A stretch of 49,333 nt of DNA, taken from NCBI GenBank assembly GCA_033762295.1, contig JANRLW010000115.1, positions 1 through 49,333 of the forward strand. Direction: 5' to 3'. The translations under genes and the position numbers were made by a program. The notes beneath the pieces were generated by a model, which was not told the origin of the DNA, did not search any database, and was given only the letters and a program-made list of their open reading frames with translations. Shown in pieces: positions 27,133 to 34,906 of the stretch. The first letter of the stretch is position 1. Each line of letters begins with the position of its first letter. The DNA is from Capsulimonadales bacterium. Lineage in GTDB: Bacteria; Armatimonadota; Armatimonadia; Armatimonadales; Armatimonadaceae.

Positions 27133-28848
27133 CTATTGACCGCAGGTGTTGCCGATACGCTCCGGATGGATGTTCCCCTCCAGTACCAGATCGATCAGGA
27201 ACGGTCCGGGGGTGGCGAGCATCTGTTCGATGGCGTGTTTGATCTGATACGGTTGTTCGACGCGCAGACCGGGTACTCCCAGGCCACGGGCGATATCGAC
27301 GAATCCGATCGGCGGATCGGAAAGATCGAAGGACAGCGGGTAGTCGTGCTTTTCGATCCCCTGTTCCTTCCAGAACTGGTCGATATTGAGCTGAAGCAGA
27401 CGGTACGAGCCGTTGTTGCAGATGACAAATTTCGCGCCGATATTATGCCGGGCGGCGGTCCAGAGCGCCTGAATGGTGTACATGCTGCCGCCGTCGCCGG
27501 TAAACCCGATGACGGTTTTCTCCGGGTTCGCGAGTTTGACGCCGATCGCGCCGGGGATGCCGACCCCGAGGCTGCCGCCGCGCGTCAGGAAGTATGCGTT
27601 CTCCCGCTGCGGCGTCAGGTAGCGAACGACGGCCGGCGAACTGGTCAGCGCCTCATCGAAGACGACGGCGTCCGGCGGCAGGTGCAGGGCCAGTTCCTTC
27701 GCGAACCGGGCCATGTGCATCGGCACGGCATCCCCTTCGGCGTCATCCTTCGCCTTATCGGCGGCGTCCTTCTCGGCCTTCGCTCTGGCCAGGGCGACGA
27801 CCCGCGCCTCGGCGGCGGCTTTCCGCTCCGGGGTCAGGACGGATTCCAGCACGTCGGCCAGCGCGGCCAGGCTCCGTTTGGGATCGGCGACGACGCCCAG
27901 ATCGACCGGATGGTTCTTGGCGATCTCGTAAGCGTTCAGATCGAAATGGATGGTCTTCGCGTTCTCCCCCCAGATGTCGCCGAGATGCGGGAAGACTTCG
28001 GGCACGATATAGGTGCCGACCACCAGATTGACATCGCCCTTTCGCAGCAGGGGCAGACTGGCGGAACCGAACATATGACCGGTCATTCCCTTGTAGCAGG
28101 GGTGACCGTAGGGCAGGTTCAGTTCTCCGGCATCCGCCTCCCAGACCTCCGCCCCGAGCAGGGTGGCGACCCGTCCGAGTTCCTCGGTCGCGCCGGAGTA
28201 GGCGACGCCATCGCCGATATAAATCATCGGCGTCTCGGCGTTCGCCAGCCACTCCGCCGCCTGCCGGAGGATTTCCGGGTCGGGCGCGGTCCGGGTGGAC
28301 GGGATCGACGCCGGTCGCACCGGCTCGACCGCCGGGGCGTCGAGGATATCGGCGGGCAGGCAGACATAGACCGGCCCCATCGGGGGGGTCGCGGCGATCT
28401 TGACGGCGCGGCGCAGCACCCGGAGCAGCGAGGACGGTTCCATGACCATCGTGCTCCACTTGGTGACCGGTTCCATGATGGCGACCAGGTCGGCGGCCAT
28501 CTGCGCATCCATCGCCATATACTTGATACCGGCGTCGCCGCCGATCACGACCAGCGGAGAGTGTCCGCGCTTCGCCTGATAAAGCGCGCCGACACCGTTC
28601 CCGATCCCCGGACTGCTGTGCAACTGGACCAGGGTCGGCTTTTTGGTCGCCCGGGCGTAACCATCGGCCGTCAGAACGGCGACGGACTCCTGCAGGGTCA
28701 GAATGTAGCGAAGATCGGGGTAATCCTTGAGCGCATCGAGAAATCCCTGCTCGACCGTCCCCGGGTTGCCGAACATGACGTTCATCCCGTCCGCCAGGAA
28801 CTGTTCCAGGATGGCGTGACGGCCTGTTTTGGGAGCCTGATCTGTCAT
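27133..28848 (-). CDS. Thiamine diphosphate-dependent enzyme, benzoylformate decarboxylase-like
   Basis: FGNPGTVE, LQESVAV..ADGYA, QLHSSPG, GDGGSMYTIQALWTAA..ICNN. Confidence 0.9.
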   Translation of the reverse strand: MTDQAPKTGRHAILEQFLADGMNVMFGNPGTVEQGFLDALKDYPDLRYILTLQESVAVLTADGYARATKKPTLVQLHSSPGIGNGVGALYQAKRGHSPLVVIGGDAGIKYMAMDAQMAADLVAIMEPVTKWSTMVMEPSSLLRVLRRAVKIAATPPMGPVYVCLPADILDAPAVEPVRPASIPSTRTAPDPEILRQAAEWLANAETPMIYIGDGVAYSGATEELGRVATLLGAEVWEADAGELNLPYGHPCYKGMTGHMFGSASLPLLRKGDVNLVVGTYIVPEVFPHLGDIWGENAKTIHFDLNAYEIAKNHPVDLGVVADPKRSLAALADVLESVLTPERKAAAEARVVALARAKAEKDAADKAKDDAEGDAVPMHMARFAKELALHLPPDAVVFDEALTSSPAVVRYLTPQRENAYFLTRGGSLGVGIPGAIGVKLANPEKTVIGFTGDGGSMYTIQALWTAARHNIGAKFVICNNGSYRLLQLNIDQFWKEQGIEKHDYPLSFDLSDPPIGFVDIARGLGVPGLRVEQPYQIKHAIEQMLATPGPFLIDLVLEGNIHPERIGNTCGQ

Positions 28849-28872
28849 GGGGTAGTTTTTCTCACGAGCGGA

Positions 28873-28902
28873 CCTCTCCCGCGAACGGTTCCGCGGGAGA
28901 GG
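28873..28902. repeat. REP-like intergenic hairpin
   Basis: cctctcccgcg-aacggttc-cgcgggagagg. Confidence 0.55.
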
Positions 28903-28914
28903 CGGGGCGGACGA

Positions 28915-29736
28915 TTACCAGCCGAAGCGGGTGGTGCCTTTTTCGAGGACTTCGACCATCTTCTCTCCGGTCAGATAGGAGTCGTGGGTCGAGCGGCCCG
29001 TGATGAACGGGTAGTCGACGATCACCGACAGCTCCTTGCCGAAGTTGCCGATATACGCGCCGTCCGGAGCGGTGGCGTCGCGCAGGATGAACTCCAGCGG
29101 ATACGGCGGCGGACCCATGTTGAAGTCGGTCCCCATGAAGCCGGTGCCGTCCTTGTAGTCGTACTCCTTGCAGTGTCCGGTGACATGCTTGCCGGAGATG
29201 ATGCTTTTACCGTTCTGCCAGTCGCGGGCGAAGGCGAGACAGGTCACGCCGTAGCACTCCGCGCCGATCGGCTTGTTGTTGCGGTAGAAGTGCATGATGA
29301 TGTCGTGGACGCGCTGATTGTTGGCCATATCCACGATCGGCCCGCTTCCGCCGACGAGCAGCAGCGCATCGAACGAAGCGAGGAAGTTATCGGCCTCATC
29401 CTTGGCGTTGTTATACTTCTCCAGTTCTCGCACCAGGAACTCCGCGCTGTAATACGGGCGTTCCGGCATGATTTCGGAGAGGTTGAGCGGGTTGTCGAGG
29501 CGAGGAGACTTGTCGAGTTCGCGCACCTTGGCCGCCACTTCCGCGGTGGTCACCGGGCGTCCGAGCGGCGGGTCGACGTAGGATTCGTCCATGCTGGGCG
29601 GCAGTGCCGGGGCGCGCTTGCCTTTCGGCGTCGCGAAGGTCACTTCGTATCCCGCTTTATCGAACATTTCGAGGGGCCCGAGGAGTTCCTCTCCCCAGTA
29701 ACCGTATTCCGAGAGGATAACCAGGATTTTTTTCAT
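28915..29736 (-). CDS. Type 1 glutamine amidotransferase-like / Hsp31-like (DJ-1 superfamily) protein
   Basis: GYWGEELLGP, LLLVGGSG, AECYG nucleophile elbow, ITGRS. Confidence 0.85.
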   Translation of the reverse strand: MKKILVILSEYGYWGEELLGPLEMFDKAGYEVTFATPKGKRAPALPPSMDESYVDPPLGRPVTTAEVAAKVRELDKSPRLDNPLNLSEIMPERPYYSAEFLVRELEKYNNAKDEADNFLASFDALLLVGGSGPIVDMANNQRVHDIIMHFYRNNKPIGAECYGVTCLAFARDWQNGKSIISGKHVTGHCKEYDYKDGTGFMGTDFNMGPPPYPLEFILRDATAPDGAYIGNFGKELSVIVDYPFITGRSTHDSYLTGEKMVEVLEKGTTRFGW

Positions 29737-29869
29737 AGGTCCTATCCGGCGTGAATTGGGATTGGAGTCGACGCCCGACGCGCCGCCACGATAACTTCAC
29801 CGTGGGGAGTTTCGCCGCAGGTATGTCGGGTTCCTCCCGCCCCCGATTAATTTACCGCCAAAATCTGCG

Positions 29870-30030
29870 AAAAACGGTTTTTTTCGAGATTGTTTCCTTT
29901 TTCACACCACGTTTCTTCGGTTCTTATGTCTATTTTCCGCAGGTTGAGTGTTCATTTTCCGTAATTTTACGTAAAAATTCAATGAACCCATGCATCAAGT
30001 TGACAAATATTAATCTATCGAAATCTTCAG
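29870..30030. promoter_or_regulatory. AT-rich control region upstream of the enzyme cluster
   Basis: Visibly AT-rich; perfect palindrome ttttacgtaaaa at 29965-29976. Confidence 0.5.
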
Positions 30031-30085
30031 GTTCCCCGGAATCCGCGATAAAGGCGCTTTTTGGACGACGGCACCGATCCGTTCG

Positions 30086-33085
30086 TCATTTCGCCGCCCG
30101 AATGACCTCCGATCCGTCCAGGGCGAACGCAATCGCCTCCTCGGCGGTCATTCTTTCACCCTCGATCAGAGCGGTCGCAAAGCCCGTACGCCCGAGAACC
30201 GCGCGCAGTTCGTCCTCATGGCGGTCGTGACGCGTCCGCAGGTGCGGAGCCACCGGTGCGCCGAGGGTGTCCCGGCGCGCGGTCGCCGCGGCGTAAAGAC
30301 GGGCGGCCCGGTCGTGCTTCTGAGACAGCAACGCCAGGGCGGCAAAGGCCTCCAGCGTCTCGGTCACCATCAGGTTCTGGCCGAGATCGCGGAACAGCAA
30401 AAGCGCGCGAGCCAGGAACTGCCCGGCCCGGGACTCATCGCCCTCATCGATCGCAACCCAGCCCAGACCGTACAAATTGAGCGCCTCGCCGATCCGGTTG
30501 CCAATCTCGCAATGGATGTCCATCGACTCGGTCAGCAGCGAACGGGCGTCCGCCCAATCCTCCCGGTGCCGTGAGAGCAGTCCCAGATAGTGCAGGTTGA
30601 GCGCCTCTCCCATCCGGTTTCCGGTCTCCCGGTTGATCGATAGCGATCGGACCTTGTATTCGCGCGCGCTGTCATAGTCCCCCTGATCCATCATCAGCAT
30701 CCCCAGGCCGTTCAGATTGGCGGCGGTACGATCCCGGCTGCCGATCTCCTCGCTGATCGCGAGAGCCTCCTCGAAAAAGGTACGGGCCTTCTCGTAATTT
30801 CCCTGGTTCCGCTCGATCAGGCCGAGACCGAACAGGTTCGCCGCCTCGCCGGACCGGTCACCGGTCCGGCGATTGATCGCCAGCGCCTGCGCCATGAAGT
30901 TGCGGGCCGCGGGGAAATCGCTCTGGTTCCAGGCGATCAGGCCCAGATTTCCCAGGTTGGATGCCTCCCCGGCCTGCGCCCCGATCTCCCGGTTGATCGC
31001 CAGCGCCTGCTCCTGATAGGACCGGGCCGCCGCGTAATCCCCCTGACCGCGGGTGACCAGTCCGAGACCGTCCAGGTTGTTCGCCTCGCCGAAACGGTTC
31101 CCGATCTGCCGATTGATCGCCAGCGCCTGCTCCATGAAGTCGCGGGCGGCGCCGTAGTCGCCCTGATTCCAGGACAGCATCCCTTCGCCGTTCAGAGCCT
31201 TGGCGCGGGCGGCGGTCGGCGCCTGCGCGCGCGGATGCGCCAGCGCCGTCGCCAGATGCTCTCGCCCCTCGCTCAGGTGACCGTGAATCAGCCAGAACCA
31301 CCACAACGCCCCGGTCAGGCGCAGGGCGACCTCGGCTCCTTCCCCGGTCTCCTGACAATGGGCCAGTGCGGCGCGCAGGTTGTCATGCTCCTGCTCCAGT
31401 CGGTGAAGCCAGTTCCCCTGCTCCGCGCTTCGAAGGTTCGGTTCGGCCTCCTCGGCCAGAGCGACGAACCAGTCGCGGTGCCGGTCCCGAACCTCCTTCT
31501 CCTCCCCGCTTTCGAACAGTTTCTCACGACCGTACTGCCGCACGGTCTCCAGCATCCGGTACCGGGTCTCGCCACGGGTCGTCTCGGCCACGACCAGGGA
31601 TTTATCGACCAGACTTGTCAGAAGGTCCAGCACCTCCCAGTCCTCGACCTCGCCGCCCGCGCCGACCGCTTCGGCGGCCTCCAGGGGCCACCCGCCCGCA
31701 AACAGCGTCAGACGGTGCAACAGGAGGCGCTCCGGATCGGTCAGCAGACCGTAGCTCCAGTCAAACAGCGCGCGAAGCGTCTGCTGTCGGGGAAGCGCGG
31801 TGCGACTGCCCCCGGTGAGCAGTCGGAACAACTGGTCCAGACGCCGGTCAATCTCCTCGACCGTCAGGGATTTGACCCGCGCGGCGGCCAGTTCGATGGC
31901 CAGGGGTATCCCGTCGAGCCGGGCGCAGACAGACGCGACCGCGCGCGCGTTCGCCTCGGTCAGGGCAAAGTTCGGCTGAACGGTCGTGGCCCGCTCGACG
32001 AACAGCCGCACGGCGGCGAACTGCATCAACGTCGTCGGCGTCTGCGGGATACGCGGGTCCGGCAGTGTCAGGGGCGGGACACGGTAGACCTGTTCGCCCT
32101 GAATGTTCATCGCCTCCCGGCTGGTCGCCAGTATTCGCACATGATGACAGGACCGGATCAGCGCGTCCGCCAGACGGGCGCAGGCGGCCAACAGGTGTTC
32201 GCAATTATCGAGCACAATCAGCAACTGCCTGTTGGTCAGCGTGTTCCGCAACGTCTGCAGAATCGGTTCGCCCGGCACCTCGCGAACCCCGCACACACCG
32301 GCCACCGTCGGTGCCACCAGATTCTCGTCACTGAGCGGAGCGAGTTCGACCAGCCAGACGCCGTCGGGAAAGAGTTCCAGAACGTTCGACGCCGCTTTGA
32401 ACGCCAGGCGGGTCTTGCCGCAACCGCCGAGTCCGGCCATGGTCAACAGGCGAACCGTCTGCAGCAGTCGCTCGATATCCTCCAGTTCCTGCTCCCGCCC
32501 GACGAAACTGGTGGCGGACAGCGGCAGGTTATGTTTGGGCGGACCGGTCACCGTCTCGGCGGAGACGGTCGTTTCCTCGTGATCCTCATGACCCGGGAAC
32601 GGCGGCGGCGGCACCACCTCCTTGGTGGTGACGGTCCGAAGTTCGGATACCGTTCCGACCGCCCGTTCCACGCCCTCGTCGGTCGCCGGAAGGATCGGCG
32701 CCAGACGTTCGTAAAGCTCCTGAAGCACGGCGTCGGTCAGGCCGGACACGGCGTTCATCCAGTGAATGGAACTGATGTAGTACTCCAGCGCCGGTCCCGG
32801 CAGCACCTCCTCCAGACGAATGGGAACGACATGCAGTTTTCGCTCGAAGGCGCGCTGGACCTCGCGCCGCACCTGGACCGATTCGTTGGACTGTGCGGAG
32901 AACAGAAAGACAAGCACCTTGCTCGCAGCGATTCCCTCGACGATTGCTTCGCTCCAGTCCTTCCCGGGCATGATGTTGCGCGGCGCGATCCAGCAACGGA
33001 TACCATGGCTCTCGAGGAAGGTGCATACCGCATCGGCGACCGCTTTATCTTTGGACGAGTGACTGATAAAAACGTCGTATCCCAT
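30086..33085 (-). CDS. TIR - STAND ATPase (AfsR/COG3903-like) - TPR protein
   Basis: YDVFISHSSKDK..RREV (TIR with Glu); GLGGCGKT, LLIVLDNCEH, LDGIPLAIELAA; 40-aa TPR repeats; start refined to ATG 33085. Confidence 0.9.
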   Translation of the reverse strand: MGYDVFISHSSKDKAVADAVCTFLESHGIRCWIAPRNIMPGKDWSEAIVEGIAASKVLVFLFSAQSNESVQVRREVQRAFERKLHVVPIRLEEVLPGPALEYYISSIHWMNAVSGLTDAVLQELYERLAPILPATDEGVERAVGTVSELRTVTTKEVVPPPPFPGHEDHEETTVSAETVTGPPKHNLPLSATSFVGREQELEDIERLLQTVRLLTMAGLGGCGKTRLAFKAASNVLELFPDGVWLVELAPLSDENLVAPTVAGVCGVREVPGEPILQTLRNTLTNRQLLIVLDNCEHLLAACARLADALIRSCHHVRILATSREAMNIQGEQVYRVPPLTLPDPRIPQTPTTLMQFAAVRLFVERATTVQPNFALTEANARAVASVCARLDGIPLAIELAAARVKSLTVEEIDRRLDQLFRLLTGGSRTALPRQQTLRALFDWSYGLLTDPERLLLHRLTLFAGGWPLEAAEAVGAGGEVEDWEVLDLLTSLVDKSLVVAETTRGETRYRMLETVRQYGREKLFESGEEKEVRDRHRDWFVALAEEAEPNLRSAEQGNWLHRLEQEHDNLRAALAHCQETGEGAEVALRLTGALWWFWLIHGHLSEGREHLATALAHPRAQAPTAARAKALNGEGMLSWNQGDYGAARDFMEQALAINRQIGNRFGEANNLDGLGLVTRGQGDYAAARSYQEQALAINREIGAQAGEASNLGNLGLIAWNQSDFPAARNFMAQALAINRRTGDRSGEAANLFGLGLIERNQGNYEKARTFFEEALAISEEIGSRDRTAANLNGLGMLMMDQGDYDSAREYKVRSLSINRETGNRMGEALNLHYLGLLSRHREDWADARSLLTESMDIHCEIGNRIGEALNLYGLGWVAIDEGDESRAGQFLARALLLFRDLGQNLMVTETLEAFAALALLSQKHDRAARLYAAATARRDTLGAPVAPHLRTRHDRHEDELRAVLGRTGFATALIEGERMTAEEAIAFALDGSEVIRAAK
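30841..31200 (-). repeat. 120-bp tandem coding repeats (TPR units)
   Basis: ttgatcgccagcgcctgc recurs at 30873, 30993 and 31113. Confidence 0.85.
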
Positions 33086-33309
33086 ATCGTATCCAATATA
33101 CCCTTTACCTGCCTGCCCGTGCATTCGGGCCGGAACATTCGCCGTGCAGGAGTCTTTTCCCCCATCCCTGAATAGACCATTCCGGTACGGCTTTCGCTTT
33201 GATCTCGCAAATGAATTTTTCTGCGGAATTCCTCACAGCGCCGCTCGGCAACGACTTCGAGAAAGACACGGGCAAGATCGGTCATGAGGGATCGCAAACC
33301 GGAGGTGCC

Positions 33310-34113
33310 ATGTCCTTTCCGTTGAATCTGCTGCTCCTGCTCTCCGTCTCCGTTGCGGCGGCGCTCCTTTTGTTGCTGGCGGTTCGCCGCCATCCTCAGG
33401 CCGGACGGCTGCGGGAAACCAACGACATCGCGGGATACTACTTCACGATCCTGGGCGGTCTTTACGGCGTTTTTCTGGGCTTCATGGTCCTGGTGGTCCA
33501 GACTCGCTTCGACCAGGCGGAAACTCTTACCGAACAGGAGGCTACCGCCGCGACCACCCTCTTCGTCATGGCGGGTGGTCTTTCCGAACCCTATCGTAAC
33601 ACGCTCCGTTCCGATTTGACACAGTACGTTTCGGAGGTCGCGGACCGGGAGTGGCCGATTCTGGGCGGAGGCGGATACCAGGCGCCGGAGGCGTTCCAAA
33701 CTTTTCTCCGACTGTACGAAACGGTCGGACGCATGAAGCCACGCGACTCCCGCGAGCAGTCGGTCGTCTCGGAGGCGCTGTCCCGCCTGCACCAGATTCA
33801 CGAAACGCGGCGTCTGAGACTGCTGGCGAATCGAAAAACGCTTCCGTTCGTTTATCAGGGGGTCTTGATCGGGGGGGCGATACTGACGGTGGTATCGACG
33901 GCGCTCTTCGGGGTGGAGCGGTTCGGCCTGCACGCGCTCAAGACCGCGCTGCTGACCGCGTTGATCTGCCTGATGCTTTTCGCGATCCACGAAGTGGACC
34001 GCCCGTTCCGGGGCGAGATACGGGTCTCGGTCGAACCGTTTCGAAGGGCCCGTCTCTTCTTCGGCGAGATTCGGACGCAGGAGGCCGGTCGGTTCGTCCC
34101 AACGGAGGATTGA
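33310..34113 (+). CDS. DUF4239 (bestrophin-like) membrane protein
   Basis: GGAGG RBS before ATG 33310; ILGGLYGVFLGFMV, EA, RRLR, EVDRPFRG..VS.EPF. Confidence 0.75.
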   Translation: MSFPLNLLLLLSVSVAAALLLLLAVRRHPQAGRLRETNDIAGYYFTILGGLYGVFLGFMVLVVQTRFDQAETLTEQEATAATTLFVMAGGLSEPYRNTLRSDLTQYVSEVADREWPILGGGGYQAPEAFQTFLRLYETVGRMKPRDSREQSVVSEALSRLHQIHETRRLRLLANRKTLPFVYQGVLIGGAILTVVSTALFGVERFGLHALKTALLTALICLMLFAIHEVDRPFRGEIRVSVEPFRRARLFFGEIRTQEAGRFVPTED

Positions 34114-34129
34114 CCGGCCTTCGGAGGGT

Positions 34130-34648
34130 CTACTGAGCGAGCAGCGCGGCCGGCTCCCCGCTGAGGTTTTTCCGGTACTCCGGCGCGAACCGACCCGCTC
34201 TGAGCAGGAACGTCTGCTCCTCGTCGGGCGAGAAAAGCGCGATCAACCGGTCCAGTTGCGCCGGTTCCGGCCAGATCTCAATCTTCTCCCAGCGTAACAC
34301 CGTCCAGCGGGTCACTCCGAGCGCATCCGCCACCTGCTGCTGCGTCAGCCCCGCGCGCTGCCGCAGGGAGCGCAGCAGAGTGCCATTGTCGGAAACCCGC
34401 TGCCGGGCGATCGCCTGTCGAAGCGCCCGAACGCCGCGCGGTTCATCGAGCAGCTGCCAGACCCGGTTGCTTTCGGTGGGACGGAGATTCAGGGCGTCGA
34501 TGACCGATTTCAATTCGCGCGTGCTGGGTTTTCGTTTGCCGCACTCCCAGCAGGACAGCGTCGACTTGCAGACCTGCGATTTGATCGCCAGAGCCCCCAG
34601 GGACATCCCCCGTCGTTGCCGCAGCGCACGGATCTCTTCTCCGATCAT
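34130..34648 (-). CDS. Transcriptional regulator with two XRE HTH domains
   Basis: IRALRQRRGMSL..KSTLSCWECGKRKP and LRSLRQRAGLTQQQVADALGV.RWTV.RWE; AGGAG RBS. Confidence 0.85.
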   Translation of the reverse strand: MIGEEIRALRQRRGMSLGALAIKSQVCKSTLSCWECGKRKPSTRELKSVIDALNLRPTESNRVWQLLDEPRGVRALRQAIARQRVSDNGTLLRSLRQRAGLTQQQVADALGVTRWTVLRWEKIEIWPEPAQLDRLIALFSPDEEQTFLLRAGRFAPEYRKNLSGEPAALLAQ

Positions 34649-34695
34649 GGCTTCTCTCCTAACGATTGAATGATGGCAGGAAAAACGTCCTGCCG

Positions 34696-34783
34696 TTCTG
34701 ACCACGTTTCGCCCACGTTCGGTCGCGGTACGGTGGGAGAGTATCGCCCTTTGGTGGCGAAAACGTGGTCAGAAACGTGGTCA
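34696..34783. promoter_or_regulatory. Paired heptamer repeats in inverted arrangement (candidate regulator sites)
   Basis: ccacgtt at 34702 and 34713; aacgtgg at 34762 and 34774. Confidence 0.6.
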
Positions 34784-34860
34784 AGAAAAAAATCGACCGA
34801 TTTCCGTCTCAGCCCTCACCAAACACGCTATTATTGCCGGTATGTCCGCTTCCTTAATAC

Positions 34861-34869
34861 TGTTATAAT
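34861..34869 (+). promoter_or_regulatory. Extended -10 promoter
   Basis: TGtTATAAT ending 38 bp before ATG 34907. Confidence 0.6.
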
Positions 34870-34906
34870 AACTGACAGGCGACTCCCACCAGGTATTCCG
34901 ATATAT

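Noticed and set aside
27016..29754. Long plus-strand ORFs (912 aa here; also 4683-6512, 6595-8664, 8918-10792, 17372-19459, 24874-26508, 31235-33175)
   Set aside because: Antisense shadows of well-supported minus-strand genes in GC-rich DNA; no recognisable motifs
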